Assembly: GCA_965208835.1 (NCBI GenBank)
Contig: OZ242358.1
Coordinates: 1,312,001 to 1,376,000, forward strand
Source of the DNA: Candidatus Latescibacterota bacterium
GTDB lineage: Bacteria; Latescibacterota; UBA2968; GCA-2709665
DNA length: 64,000 bases
Direction of reading: 5' to 3'
This document shows, piece after piece, positions 36,581-47,175 of the stretch. Every line of letters starts with the position of its first letter. Position 1 is the stretch's first letter. Both the position numbers and the translations under genes were made by a program. The notes under the pieces were generated by a model that worked only from the letters and a program-made list of their open reading frames with translations, made no database searches and had not been told where the DNA came from.

Positions 36581-39500
36581 TCAGATTGTCAGGCCGAAGT
36601 AGATCCGGTTCTTGTCAATCTCGCGGCCCAGTATGGTATCGCGGGTGGGAAAGGCGATCTGGAAATAACCATAAAGGGGGATTCGGTAGTGTGTGAACAT
36701 CTGCATGCGGAGTTCGAAGCCCCAGTCGGTCAGAAAAGCGGAGCGCTTGAACCTGTCTTCAGAGTCGAGCCAGACGCGGAGGCTCTCGAAATTCCCGGCG
36801 GCGCCGGTTTCCACAAAGAGAGTCCCGTAGATTTTGTCGAAATGGAAGGGCGGCAGTTCCCTGGCAGCATGCCTGAATATTGGAAACGTGAGGCTGGCTC
36901 TCGCGAGCACGGCTTTTCCGCCGGATGTGGAGAAATACGGATACCCTCTGAGCGTGCCGAGTCCGCCCAGGTAATACCTCAGGGGATAGTAGAACACGCC
37001 CTCTGCGGAACTGGTGTTCTCCTGGACGTCCTTTATGGGCTTGTCCTTGTAGGCGAGGAATCCCTGCAGCGCCAGTGTGGCTCTTCCGGGCAAACCGATG
37101 AATTCATTCCAGGACACGATGTACTCGTTGATGCCCAGCTTGGTCGGGTCCGACATGTAGGTCGGGGCGGCAACGCCGTCCTGATTCAGCTGAGACCTGA
37201 AAAGCGAGTCGGTAACAGAGGCGTTGATACGCCGGTACCTCAGGGTGATCGCCCTGCCCCGGGACGGATTTACGAACATGTCCTTTGCGGGCAGGAAATT
37301 GAAATAACGCCAGCCGACCGTGAGATCGTTGCTCTTGAAGAAGCTGAGGTCACGATACAGAAAATCATCGAAGACGACCTCATCTTCGCCCAGGCCTGGA
37401 ATCTGGTCGGTTATGTCGGTGACGACGCCCTGTCTGTTCTGGACCAGTCTCGTGCTGTCCAGTATGACCTGTTTCGTGTGGGTGCTCTCCTTGTACCGCC
37501 TGTGGCCCCAGGTCATCGAAAGCACCTGACGCCTGCCGATGCTGGCTTCAACGCCCACCACAAAATCGCTGAAGATGTTCTTGTACTTGTCTTCCTGGGT
37601 GAGGGAGAGGTTGGTGAAACTGGTCACACCGGGCACCAGCCGGAGTGTGTCGTCGATCACGATCTGCAATGTGCCAGAGGTGGTGTCCCTTCGGGAATCC
37701 ACAATGCCTCGATCTATCTGGCTGTTGATGGTCTGTTGACTGGCGCCAATAAAGAACCTGGGCGCGTACGTCCGGTCTTCGGTATGAACCGCCGGCAGGC
37801 CCTTCGTGTAGAACGTGGAAAAGTTCGAGTTCAGATCCACGCCTTTTTTCAGATTCTTGCCAACGGTAAAGCCAGCGTAGATATTGTCGCTACCCAGGAG
37901 GTCTCCCCAGGCGGCTTCGGCGCCCGCGCTCAGCTGGTCCAGGCCGAAGCGATTGCCGATAAAGGTCGGTCCCAGTACCAGGATGGGCACGACGCCGATG
38001 GAGGCCAGTCGAGGAGCGTACCGGCCGGTATTGAACAGGTCCCCGACTTTCTTGCCGTTGTAGATGCTGCTGTAGTCCCGCACCAGGGAATCGGCCGCAG
38101 CGGCCGCAGCGGCGTCGGACTTCCGGATGCGGTAGATGTTGTAATTCGCGGCGTGGTAACCCGAATAGAGGATTTCGTCGCCATCGGGAGAAATCGAGGG
38201 CGAGAAGGCGCCTCCGATGACGTTCGTGAGTTGTTCCTGCCTCCCCGACGCCAGGTCAAGGGTGTAGATGTTGAAGATGCCGGTCCGGTCCGAGGCATAC
38301 ACAATGCCTTCGCCGCCGGGCAGCCAGACCGCATCGCGTTCATCGGCCCGTGTATTGATGATCACTTCGAAGCCCGCGTTGTTGGCGTAGGCCAGACTGT
38401 CGGGAAACGCGACCATGCTGTCCCTCTGTGCGGCCTCGGCCAGCGCGAGACTGTCTGCCTCAGCCTGGGCGCTGTCCACCTCGGTCTCGGATTTCTTCCT
38501 TTGGGCGATGCGTTCGGCCAGCTCCTCCTTCTCGGTCTTCTTCGTGTCGGTCTTCTTTGGCCTCGGCGTGGCATCCGTATTGATTAGGGCAATATCCCGG
38601 TCTTTCCCTCGAAAAATGCCGAACAGAAGTCTACTGCCGTCCTCCGTCCACCTGGGCGTGTAATATTGCGTTCCGTTGTTGTTGTTTGTCAGATAGCGGA
38701 TGTCCGTGCCGTCGATGTTCACGATGCCCAGGTTGGACGTCCCGTCCCGGTTGCCCACGAACGCGATTTCCCTGCCGTCCGGAGACACGGCAGGGTCTCT
38801 TCCTCGCAGCCCGACGGTGACCCTGCGTTCCTTGCGGGAGGTGAGATCGTATATGAAGATGTCCCAGTTGCCCCCGACGGATTTGCTGTATACCAGGCTG
38901 TTGCCATCGGGTGTCCAGGAGAAGGGCAGGTTGACGTATTTCCCGTACTTCCGGCTTCTCGCCACCTTTGTCAATCTTCGTGTGGCCAGGTCCATCACGA
39001 GCATTTCCATGATCGCGTAGTCGCTGCCCTCGTTGCTGATGAACGCCATTTTCGTGCCGTCGGGCGAGTAGGTGGGAAAGTGCTCCACGTCGCCCCGGTC
39101 GGAAAGCAGTTCGCCCTCACGCTCTCCGGCAGCGCGGATGGAGTCCGCAAGGGCGCCGTATTTGCGATCGAGATGCGCGGTCCATTCGTCATAAAGATCG
39201 GGCGCCGAGATACCCGTGCTCTTCTTGACGGCGGATTTGAAGTTGACGATCGGCCGGTGGCGGGACATGGCTCGCACGGAATCCGGACCGTAGGTGTCGG
39301 CCAGGTAGTTCAGAAATGCATAGCCCTGGTTGTAGACCTGTTCAGACTTGAAGCCGTCTTTGCCGAAGACGTTCATGTCGGTATATGAAAGCAGGTCGTC
39401 TTCGAGCGCGGCCATCCGCAGGATCATATCCCGGTGGGTGTCCCAGAGGTCACCTCCGTACTCCTCGGCTTCGAATTGTGCGATACCTTCGGCGTACCAG

Positions 39501-40147
39501 TTCGGCATCGCCGAGTGGTAGAGCGGCAGAAAGAAGCCGAAGTCCGGGTTCTGGTTGGAGCGGCTGCTGCCGAGAAGGCCGAATACGAAGGGCATGCTGT
39601 TGTGGGAGGCCTTGAGCGTGATGTGGTGGGTGAGTTCGTGGGTAAAAACGTCGCGCACCCAGTCGTGGGTGCCTCGCGAGTCCCAGTTGAGGGGCGTGGA
39701 ACCGAACGAGATGAGATTTCCAAGGTAGAAGGAGAAGGCATTTCCCAGAATGTCAATATCGGAAACGACCACGTGAATCGGGGCGTAGCGTTCTATGGAA
39801 CCCGGGTAATGGCGGGATATCTTCTCGAAAGTGTCGTCCGCAATCTCAGCGATACGACGGGCGGTATTCTCCGCTTCGGCATAGTAGATGGCGAAGTACT
39901 TCGTGCGGATTGCCCGTGCGCCCGGCACGTGCAGGCCTAGCAGGGAAGGGAAGAAATGACGCTCGTGCCGCTCCCATGTATAATCGGGCATGGTGCGGTT
40001 CAACGGCACATCGGCAATGTCCACTGTGGGGCCGTGTTTGAATTTTCTGGGAAACTGCTGGGCGTCGGAAGGGGACGGCGCGCCGGACGAAATGGCGATT
40101 AGTACAGCGCCGAAGAGGCTGATGGACAGGATCGTGGATCGGTTCAC
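36581..40147 (-). CDS. Outer-membrane protein: peptidase MA-like (HExxH) + PD40/TolB beta-propeller + Omp85/BamA-type barrel
   Basis: Signal peptide; HELTH...WYAEGIAQ; repeated SPDG/TPDG blades; LGGLGTLRGYP (Omp85 RGY motif); C-terminal RIYFGLTI. AGGAG RBS before GTG at 40147. Confidence 0.8.
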   Translation of the reverse strand: MNRSTILSISLFGAVLIAISSGAPSPSDAQQFPRKFKHGPTVDIADVPLNRTMPDYTWERHERHFFPSLLGLHVPGARAIRTKYFAIYYAEAENTARRIAEIADDTFEKISRHYPGSIERYAPIHVVVSDIDILGNAFSFYLGNLISFGSTPLNWDSRGTHDWVRDVFTHELTHHITLKASHNSMPFVFGLLGSSRSNQNPDFGFFLPLYHSAMPNWYAEGIAQFEAEEYGGDLWDTHRDMILRMAALEDDLLSYTDMNVFGKDGFKSEQVYNQGYAFLNYLADTYGPDSVRAMSRHRPIVNFKSAVKKSTGISAPDLYDEWTAHLDRKYGALADSIRAAGEREGELLSDRGDVEHFPTYSPDGTKMAFISNEGSDYAIMEMLVMDLATRRLTKVARSRKYGKYVNLPFSWTPDGNSLVYSKSVGGNWDIFIYDLTSRKERRVTVGLRGRDPAVSPDGREIAFVGNRDGTSNLGIVNIDGTDIRYLTNNNNGTQYYTPRWTEDGSRLLFGIFRGKDRDIALINTDATPRPKKTDTKKTEKEELAERIAQRKKSETEVDSAQAEADSLALAEAAQRDSMVAFPDSLAYANNAGFEVIINTRADERDAVWLPGGEGIVYASDRTGIFNIYTLDLASGRQEQLTNVIGGAFSPSISPDGDEILYSGYHAANYNIYRIRKSDAAAAAAADSLVRDYSSIYNGKKVGDLFNTGRYAPRLASIGVVPILVLGPTFIGNRFGLDQLSAGAEAAWGDLLGSDNIYAGFTVGKNLKKGVDLNSNFSTFYTKGLPAVHTEDRTYAPRFFIGASQQTINSQIDRGIVDSRRDTTSGTLQIVIDDTLRLVPGVTSFTNLSLTQEDKYKNIFSDFVVGVEASIGRRQVLSMTWGHRRYKESTHTKQVILDSTRLVQNRQGVVTDITDQIPGLGEDEVVFDDFLYRDLSFFKSNDLTVGWRYFNFLPAKDMFVNPSRGRAITLRYRRINASVTDSLFRSQLNQDGVAAPTYMSDPTKLGINEYIVSWNEFIGLPGRATLALQGFLAYKDKPIKDVQENTSSAEGVFYYPLRYYLGGLGTLRGYPYFSTSGGKAVLARASLTFPIFRHAARELPPFHFDKIYGTLFVETGAAGNFESLRVWLDSEDRFKRSAFLTDWGFELRMQMFTHYRIPLYGYFQIAFPTRDTILGREIDKNRIYFGLTI

Positions 40148-40305
40148 GTGCTTCTCCTGGACTTCGGGTGTTGGATTGGGCGGCTGCCGGGCGCTTGTAC
40201 GACGCGCATGGGGACAGGTCGACAATCCCGTCTGGCCCGCACCGGCCGCGGTTCGGCTATAAAAGTATACAATTAGACTTGCGAAGACAACGAACAGTTC
40301 CAATT

Positions 40306-41295
40306 TCACGCCGATGGGAGGTGCTGCCGTGTCCGCAGTATACAGGCGACGCTGTGGTTTGCGTCGATTTCGAGCAGTTCAGGCACGATTTTCGTGCAAG
40401 CGTCTTCCCGTTCGGGGCAGCGCGGATGAAACGGGCAGCCTGGAGGGACGTTGGCCGGGCTTGGGACGTCGCCCGTGAGTACCGTGCGTTGCTTCCTGAC
40501 ACGCGGGTCCGGCTCGGGAACGGCCGATAGCAGGGCACGGGTATAAGGGTGCTGGGGATCGCTGCAGAGGGTGCGGCTTTCCGCGATTTCCACGATACGT
40601 CCGAGGTACATCACCGCGATGCGGTTGGAGATATGTTTGACAACGCTCAGGTCGTGCGCGACGAAGAGGAAGGTAAGGCCGAACCGGCTCTGAAGATCCT
40701 GAAGAAGATTGATGATCTGCGCCTGGATCGACACGTCCAATGCCGAAACGGGTTCGTCCGCAACGATGAATTCCGGATTCACGGCCAGCGCCCGCGAAAT
40801 GCCGATACGCTGGCGCTGCCCCCCGCTGAATTCGTGGGGATACCGGCGGGCATAGTCCGGCCGGAGACCCACGGTTTCCAGGAGTTCCGCCACGCGTTCC
40901 CGCGTGTCGCTGCCGTCCGTGAGCTTGTGGATTTTCAGTGCTTCGGCCAGCATGCCCCCCACTGTCATGCGGGGGTTCAGCGAACTGTAGGGGTCCTGGA
41001 AGATGATCTGCATGCGGCGTCGAACGGCCCGGAGTTCAGAGCGCTTCAGGTCGAAGACGTCGGTGCCGTTGAACAGAACGCGGCCCGCCGTAGCCTCGAT
41101 CAGCCTGAGGATGCTCCTCCCCGCGGTTGTCTTGCCGCACCCGGACTCCCCCACGAGACCCAGGGTTTCTCCCCGGTGCAGGGTGAAAGAGACTCCGTCC
41201 ACGGCTCTTACGTAGCCGACGGTCCGGGAGAATACCCCGCGGGTGATTGGGAAGTGTTTCTTCAGCCCATGGACTTCGAGCAGTGGTCTGGACAT
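40306..41295 (-). CDS. oppF: Oligopeptide/dipeptide ABC transporter ATP-binding subunit (OppF/DppF-like)
   Basis: [28 protein letters not shown] and GCPFHPRC. Confidence 0.92.
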   Translation of the reverse strand: MSRPLLEVHGLKKHFPITRGVFSRTVGYVRAVDGVSFTLHRGETLGLVGESGCGKTTAGRSILRLIEATAGRVLFNGTDVFDLKRSELRAVRRRMQIIFQDPYSSLNPRMTVGGMLAEALKIHKLTDGSDTRERVAELLETVGLRPDYARRYPHEFSGGQRQRIGISRALAVNPEFIVADEPVSALDVSIQAQIINLLQDLQSRFGLTFLFVAHDLSVVKHISNRIAVMYLGRIVEIAESRTLCSDPQHPYTRALLSAVPEPDPRVRKQRTVLTGDVPSPANVPPGCPFHPRCPEREDACTKIVPELLEIDANHSVACILRTRQHLPSA

Positions 41296-41296
41296 G

Positions 41297-42295
41297 TCAA
41301 TCCGATCGCGTCACGGGAGATGGGTAATCTTCGACCATCCAGCAGGCGACGAAGCGTCCGCCCGAGGTCGGTTCGAGGCGCGGCTCGTCCGCTTCACATA
41401 CATCCTCCGCCAATGAACACCGGGGCGCGAACCGGCATCCGGCGGGAAAACGGGTCGCATCGGGCACGGTCCCCGGAATTACGGACAGCCGGCCTTTCTC
41501 TTCATTGAGCGTGGGTATGGACTCCAGCAATCCTCTGGTGTAGGGGTGCTGCGGGTTGGCGAATATCTCATCCACCGTTCCGGTTTCCACGATCTTTCCG
41601 GCATACATGACCGCCACGCGGTCTGCGACCTCCGCAATAACGCCAAGATCGTGGGTAATCATCAGGACGGCCATTCCCAGTTCCCTCTGAAGCCGGTCCA
41701 GAAGTTCAAGTATCTGGGCTTGAATGGTCACATCCAGCGCCGTCGTCGGTTCGTCGGCGATGAGGAGTTCCGGATTGCAGCACAGGGCCATTGCGATCAT
41801 CACCCGCTGGCGCATGCCGCCGGAAAGCTGGTGAGGATACTCGTTTGCCCGCTGTTCAGGATCCGGAATGCCGACCAGATTGAGCATGTCAACCGTTATG
41901 GCCCGGGCGGCGTCCCTGCCGAGACCCTGGTGGAGCATAACGGCTTCGTCAATCTGGTCTCCGCAGGTGAATACGGGATTAAGGCTGGTCATCGGCTCCT
42001 GGAAAATCATCGCGATGTCGTTGCCCCGCACACCCTGAAGGGCCGCTTCGTCCAGGCTCAGCAGATTGCGTCCGTTGAACCGGATCTCTCCTGAGACGAT
42101 CTCCCCCGGCGGTTCGGGTACCAGTCGCATTACGGACAGAGACGTGACGCTCTTGCCGCAACCGGACTCTCCCACCAGACCCAGAGTTTCGCCCTTCTTG
42201 AGGGTGAAGGAGACCCCGTCCACGGCCCTGGCGACCCCGCCGTCCGTATGGAAGAACGTCTTCAGATCTCTGACAGTTAGCAGTGGTTCCGACAT
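41297..42295 (-). CDS. oppD: Oligopeptide/dipeptide ABC transporter ATP-binding subunit (OppD/DppD-like)
   Basis: [24 protein letters not shown] and GCRFAPRC. Confidence 0.92.
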   Translation of the reverse strand: MSEPLLTVRDLKTFFHTDGGVARAVDGVSFTLKKGETLGLVGESGCGKSVTSLSVMRLVPEPPGEIVSGEIRFNGRNLLSLDEAALQGVRGNDIAMIFQEPMTSLNPVFTCGDQIDEAVMLHQGLGRDAARAITVDMLNLVGIPDPEQRANEYPHQLSGGMRQRVMIAMALCCNPELLIADEPTTALDVTIQAQILELLDRLQRELGMAVLMITHDLGVIAEVADRVAVMYAGKIVETGTVDEIFANPQHPYTRGLLESIPTLNEEKGRLSVIPGTVPDATRFPAGCRFAPRCSLAEDVCEADEPRLEPTSGGRFVACWMVEDYPSPVTRSD

Positions 42296-42400
42296 AGATC
42301 CACCATCTGTTGAAAATGCAACCGTCACGGATACCGTGCGAACCTCAAGCTCCATGCTGGAGAACGGCGTCCCGATGATTTCCTGACCGCCACCTGCGGG

Positions 42401-43144
42401 TCAGAACAGCGGTGGATTCAAATTCAGCCAGTCTTCCAGCAGGAAATCCACGCGTCCGATGAGGAGGGAGATTCGCGCCATGACGGTATAACCGAATGAA
42501 GCGCCGAACGAAACCATCAGGAAATAGATGCCGACCCTGGAGATGCCGCCCACGACCCCCTTATGTTCGACGGAAAAATAAAAGTAAATGAGTACGCTCA
42601 CAACGCCGATCAGGATGATCGCCGGATCCAGAACGGCCCATCCGAAGCCCGCCGACGCCTGTGAAAACGGGAGGATCGTGGGTTCGATCTGCTCGATAAT
42701 GAAGGAGGCGACGCGCCGGGGGATGGCCAGCCCCGCGCCGAGTCCCACGAAGAAGGCAAATGAAATACGGCTGAGCCACACCGCTTTGCCGACAAAGCGG
42801 GTCATCAGAAAAAGACCGAGGCAGGCCGGAACGATCACCAACCACTTGACGCCCGTGTCCGGCGGCGGACGGAACAGAGGGTTGAAGACGTCCAGCAGGA
42901 TGCTCTGGTACCAGACCAGAGCGAGTTCGTACGCGGCGACAACGCCCACGTAGAGATGCTCGGCCAGCTTGAAGAGCGGATTGTCCCTGTAGAGAAAGCT
43001 GTACAGGGCGAGCGTGATCCCTGCGGCGAGGATGATGCCGAATCCCGACCAGCTTGCCTCCAGGCTGCCAGAGGCAAGGAGATAGACATTCACCGCCGCA
43101 AAAAGCAGAAGGAAGATCGGGAAGACGATGTGTTCTCTTTGCAT
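42401..43144 (-). CDS. Uncharacterised multi-TM membrane protein (GlmL-cluster)
   Basis: About 7 hydrophobic segments; YSFLYRDNPLFKLAEHLYVG and GIYFLMVSFGASFGYTVMAR. Confidence 0.8.
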   Translation of the reverse strand: MQREHIVFPIFLLLFAAVNVYLLASGSLEASWSGFGIILAAGITLALYSFLYRDNPLFKLAEHLYVGVVAAYELALVWYQSILLDVFNPLFRPPPDTGVKWLVIVPACLGLFLMTRFVGKAVWLSRISFAFFVGLGAGLAIPRRVASFIIEQIEPTILPFSQASAGFGWAVLDPAIILIGVVSVLIYFYFSVEHKGVVGGISRVGIYFLMVSFGASFGYTVMARISLLIGRVDFLLEDWLNLNPPLF

Positions 43145-43156
43145 ACCGGTATCCTC

Positions 43157-43984
43157 TTACGTCCGTGAGGCGCTGCGGTGCAGAAAGTAGACCGCGTTGC
43201 CCAGCAGGATAAACCCGATGATGACGATGTGTGCGACGGATTGCGGACGCATACCGCTGACCGCGAGGCCTCTCTTGCCCACCAGCGCTTCGTATTCCGC
43301 GGCGCCCGCAAGCCCGCCGATGAGGCCGTTGAGCTGCCGGGACTGAAGGAAGGGGAAGAAATCCGGCGCCATCACCGCGGTACAACCGGCGCCGAGTGGA
43401 AATCGGTATCGTTCCTGCCCATAAGCGATCCATTCGTCCACGCCGGGGTACCCGGCCGCCAGGTCGATCACGTAATCGAAATCCTTCAACGAGCGCAGAT
43501 TGCGGGTGAGAGGCATTTCAGCCGTGTCGACGCCCCGGATGTCTTCCGGAAACGCGGCGTGCAGATCCTGACCCATGTTCAGGATCAGGATCGGACCTCC
43601 CGCCTTGAATCCGAGAAACGCATAGTCCGTCCCGTTTGTCCGTCCGTATTCCCCTGCCGCCGTATCGAACGCCTGCATGGCAAGTCCCACTGCTTCGGTG
43701 ATGAGGGTCACGCCCACCACCCGGATGTTCCGGCTGAAGCAATGGCGCAGAATGGCCAGAGCCATGGGCTGGAGCTCCGGCTGCGAACTGGGACCGTAGT
43801 CGAAGGAGATGAGTACGACGGCATCAGGTTTTCCGGCCAGGCTCTCTACCGTGTCGTAAACCGCGCGTACGTTGGGCGTGGCCTTGATTGGCAGCTGGAA
43901 GCCGATGAGGAGAGGAATACATACGGCCAGAAAGACGGCAATGTACACGATGCGGCGGTCGATGTTCAGGAGGCGCTCGATCAT
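43157..43984 (-). CDS. Uncharacterised membrane protein with extracytoplasmic alpha/beta domain (GlmL-cluster)
   Basis: N- and C-terminal TM segments; FDYGPSSQPEL and GLIGGLAGAAEYE; ATGA overlap with the upstream gene. Confidence 0.8.
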   Translation of the reverse strand: MIERLLNIDRRIVYIAVFLAVCIPLLIGFQLPIKATPNVRAVYDTVESLAGKPDAVVLISFDYGPSSQPELQPMALAILRHCFSRNIRVVGVTLITEAVGLAMQAFDTAAGEYGRTNGTDYAFLGFKAGGPILILNMGQDLHAAFPEDIRGVDTAEMPLTRNLRSLKDFDYVIDLAAGYPGVDEWIAYGQERYRFPLGAGCTAVMAPDFFPFLQSRQLNGLIGGLAGAAEYEALVGKRGLAVSGMRPQSVAHIVIIGFILLGNAVYFLHRSASRT

Positions 43985-44637
43985 TGTCCTTCCTCCCCGA
44001 GATAGGAACGTTCGATGCCGAAGATGATCCGAAGTGCCGTGGCGATTGCGCCGAGGCTCACGCCCAGCAGGATGCCCCGGCGAGCGGCGAGGTTTGGCGT
44101 GGCCATCAGCCACTGGGAAATGGCGGGCAGGTGTTCGGAGATGAGTGCGCCGATGGGCACCCGGCCCAGCATGACGAGCAGAGCGGCAACAAGAAGAACG
44201 ACCGCCTCGACCGAACGGGCCCGAAACGTGCGGTAGGCGGCGGAAGCGATAAAGAAGGCGAGCAGAGAGAACATCGTGGCGCCGCCGGCCACATGAATGT
44301 GGGTATACATCCAGTTCAGATCCAGACCGTCTCCCTCAGCGAGCGGCTGAAGGGGCCCCCGGCCGTTGTTGTAGACGGCAAGCAGGATGGTAACGATGAA
44401 GCCGACGTACACGACGGCGCTGAAGGCCCATCCGGCCTGCTTGCGCCTGATCCGGTGCCAGTGCATCTGCAACAGGCTGTGGATGCCAAGGAAAAGGGCG
44501 AACGCGGCGATGATCCTGTACCAGGTGGAGGTTGTAATCTCGACCGGCTGCGCAACCGGAACATAGTAGGTGAATATGCCGATGACGCCCGCTGCGAAAG
44601 CCACGAGTAGCGGCAGGGTGCGTTGCAGGAAATACAT
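43981..44637 (-). CDS. Uncharacterised multi-TM membrane protein (GlmL-cluster)
   Basis: About 6 TM segments; ATMFSLLAFFIASAAYRTFRARS and LRIIFGIERSYL. Confidence 0.8.
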   Translation of the reverse strand: MYFLQRTLPLLVAFAAGVIGIFTYYVPVAQPVEITTSTWYRIIAAFALFLGIHSLLQMHWHRIRRKQAGWAFSAVVYVGFIVTILLAVYNNGRGPLQPLAEGDGLDLNWMYTHIHVAGGATMFSLLAFFIASAAYRTFRARSVEAVVLLVAALLVMLGRVPIGALISEHLPAISQWLMATPNLAARRGILLGVSLGAIATALRIIFGIERSYLGEEGQ

Positions 44638-44755
44638 TCGATTTTCTCCCAGTGTTCTGTCGCAGAAATTGGTTGCCTGAATTCGGCGGCCGAATGGTGA
44701 GAAATTTATGGGACAGGACACTACAGTCTTGAACTGTTATGCCATGTTCACGCTG

Positions 44756-45991
44756 TCAACTCAGAATCGGCCAGAAGCCGATGCCGGCCAGTAAAGAACC
44801 CAGCACCAGCATAAGGATGAGGATTCCCTTCCCCAGGTCCTGTCCCTTCAGGCTTCCCAGCAGTTTGGGATCTCTGGACAGATAGGCGCTGGCGGCGTAG
44901 AGTTCCTCTCCCATCAGGGTATAGTCGCAGGTTGTGATAAAGAACGGAAGCTGTGTGTAGGCGTCGGTCGCGGCGATCTGGATAGCGCCGGTTGTGGAGC
45001 CGGTCTCCGCCAGGAGCAGGGATTCGGCGTAAAAATACCCCATCAGAAGATTGGCTGCCGGTCTTTCCCGCACCATCAGTCCCTCGAGCGCGGCCGCGTA
45101 GCTGAACTGGTCCGCGGCCGCCAGAAAGACGTTGTCCGGGTTGAACGCATCGGGTCTTCCGGCTTCGATGCAGGATTCTTTGACCACTTCCTGGCTCACG
45201 GACATCACAATCGGATCCCGATTTCCAACCTTGAGCTGAGTGTCGTATTCGGCGGTTCTCTTCGCCACCTGGCCGAGTATATTCACGGCGGCAATGGTGG
45301 AAGGGCTGCCCATGTCCTGGAGACCGTGCACGAACAGCACCGGTTTGCCCATTTCGGTTGCCCGGCCCAGGGCTTCGTCCAGAGCGTCCAGGCCTGCCAG
45401 CCGCCGGATATAAAGATTCTTTCGCCGGGCAAGGCGGATATAGACGAGGATCAGAATGGAGAACAGCGCGGCCAGCAGAAAATTGTTGCTTTTGGTCCAG
45501 TTGAAGTAGTTGCCGCGGGCCCGGGCTTCCACAACCGTGTGGCCTGCGCCGTGGACGCCGAGGCGAACGAAATAGGGTCGGTCGTTCTCGAGCCGGATCC
45601 GGTTCCGTCCGTCGGGATCGAGGTAGGAATCGATGTGTACGAAGTGATGATTGCGGTTCTCCTCCCCACTGCCGAACGTGGCAGACTCGTCGGCCATCGT
45701 CGGAGCCGTACTGGGCTCCAGTTCGGCGACCTGATGAAATGGCCCGTCCGGACGTTCGGAAATGCCGATGCGATATCGCGCGCTGTCAGGCAGGTCATCC
45801 ATCCGGCGCCATGTCAGCGTGATGCTGTGCCCCTGGTCGTTGGGCGTGTCGAATGCCCGGACGTCGGTGGGCGCCGAACCGCCGGCGGCCGGCGCGGCAG
45901 CGATGGCAAGGGCGAAACTGAGGAATAGATGCGCCATTGCGTGTCTCCTGGCGGTTTTAATCAGGCGCGCCTGGACGCTCCAAATCATCAT
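44756..45991 (-). CDS. DUF6754-like protein with N-terminal FN3-like extracytoplasmic domain
   Basis: Signal-like segment; DTPNDQGHSITLTW (FN3-like); TM segment; IRRLAGLDALDEALGRATEMGKP and GEELYAASAYL. Family name recalled from motifs, not searched. Confidence 0.7.
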   Translation of the reverse strand: MMIWSVQARLIKTARRHAMAHLFLSFALAIAAAPAAGGSAPTDVRAFDTPNDQGHSITLTWRRMDDLPDSARYRIGISERPDGPFHQVAELEPSTAPTMADESATFGSGEENRNHHFVHIDSYLDPDGRNRIRLENDRPYFVRLGVHGAGHTVVEARARGNYFNWTKSNNFLLAALFSILILVYIRLARRKNLYIRRLAGLDALDEALGRATEMGKPVLFVHGLQDMGSPSTIAAVNILGQVAKRTAEYDTQLKVGNRDPIVMSVSQEVVKESCIEAGRPDAFNPDNVFLAAADQFSYAAALEGLMVRERPAANLLMGYFYAESLLLAETGSTTGAIQIAATDAYTQLPFFITTCDYTLMGEELYAASAYLSRDPKLLGSLKGQDLGKGILILMLVLGSLLAGIGFWPILS

Positions 45992-47109
45992 GCCTCGATC
46001 CTTTCGGCGTTTGCGCGGGGTATCACGGCCTGTTGTCCGTTCTCGAATTGAACTTCAAGGACACGTACCTGGATTTCCGACTCGACGGCCGCCAGTTCGG
46101 ACGGCAGGGCGGTGACGACACCGGTCTTTCCGAAGAAGGGCGCCCGTATCGTTCGGATTGGATCTCCGATGGACAGGCCGTCCCGGGCGACGGTTTCCTC
46201 GGCGGCGGCTGAATTCTCCGTGTCCGGAACGATGATTTCGGGGCGAAGCACGCCGGCCCGGATCTGGGTTGCGCCAGAGATCGAGGCCTCGTCGCCGTTT
46301 CTCTCGTTCAGGATATCGAAAGTTTTGGTTGCCATGGCGATGTCGCCGAATCCTTCGGTAATCACGACGGTGAGGCCGATTTCCTCCGTGCCCGTAATGG
46401 CCACACCCAGGTCATACCCGAGAAGGCTACGCAGATCATGGTCGCGGATGCCCCCGCCAATGAGGCCGGCTGCGCCGATCTCACACGCTTTCCGGATGAG
46501 ATCCAGTGTGACCAGGCCGCCGGCGATGCAGATCCTGCCGGCACAGGAGGCGTCGATCCGGTCTGCCGGTAGCTGCTCATCGGGTGTGGCGGCAAGTGTC
46601 CGGATCGCACCCCAGCTTTCCCCGCCAATGCCGAAAATCCCCTGAAGAAACGCGCCGACGGTTTCAACTGTGACGCCTTCGCCGGGAATGGTTTCCACAA
46701 CGGTGCCGTCCACGTACGCCCTGACCTGGACAGGTCGGGGCGGCCCTCGCAGAATGACCTGGCCGGTAACGGGCGATACGCTCTCCACGGTGCCCGTGAC
46801 CGGCGATTCCACCGTGGTTTTGAACCAGCTGATGAACGGCCGGGTCTCTGCGACAGGTTCCCCCGACTCGACCGCCTCACCCTCATTCTTGAGCATGAAG
46901 GCCGGCAGTTCGTCCGGTGTGACACCAAGCCTGTTGACCAGGTTCAGGGTGGTCACGTCGCCGGGCAGTTCGGTCCGGGCCACCACCCGATCGCGCTGCA
47001 CGGATTCGCCTTCCGAAACCAATACCTCTCCGGTGAGCGGCAGTTGGCGTCGCTTCCGAACGGTCGCGCTGCGGGTGACTCGCAGGCCGGGTGTGTATGT
47101 ATGTGCCAT
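45988..47109 (-). CDS. Soluble uncharacterised protein with barrel-sandwich hybrid (biotinyl/lipoyl-like) repeats and KOW-like C-terminus
   Basis: N-terminal YTPGL; VSEGESV and NEGEAVESGEPVA...VESPVTGTV; ITEGFG; GATQIRAGVLRPE; GDPIRTIRAPFFG. Confidence 0.75.
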   Translation of the reverse strand: MAHTYTPGLRVTRSATVRKRRQLPLTGEVLVSEGESVQRDRVVARTELPGDVTTLNLVNRLGVTPDELPAFMLKNEGEAVESGEPVAETRPFISWFKTTVESPVTGTVESVSPVTGQVILRGPPRPVQVRAYVDGTVVETIPGEGVTVETVGAFLQGIFGIGGESWGAIRTLAATPDEQLPADRIDASCAGRICIAGGLVTLDLIRKACEIGAAGLIGGGIRDHDLRSLLGYDLGVAITGTEEIGLTVVITEGFGDIAMATKTFDILNERNGDEASISGATQIRAGVLRPEIIVPDTENSAAAEETVARDGLSIGDPIRTIRAPFFGKTGVVTALPSELAAVESEIQVRVLEVQFENGQQAVIPRANAERIEA

Positions 47110-47175
47110 CAGTTCAGGTTTTCGAAGCCGGCGCGCCGCAAAGCCTGCCGTCGCGATCGTCGGCCGGTGATGGTC

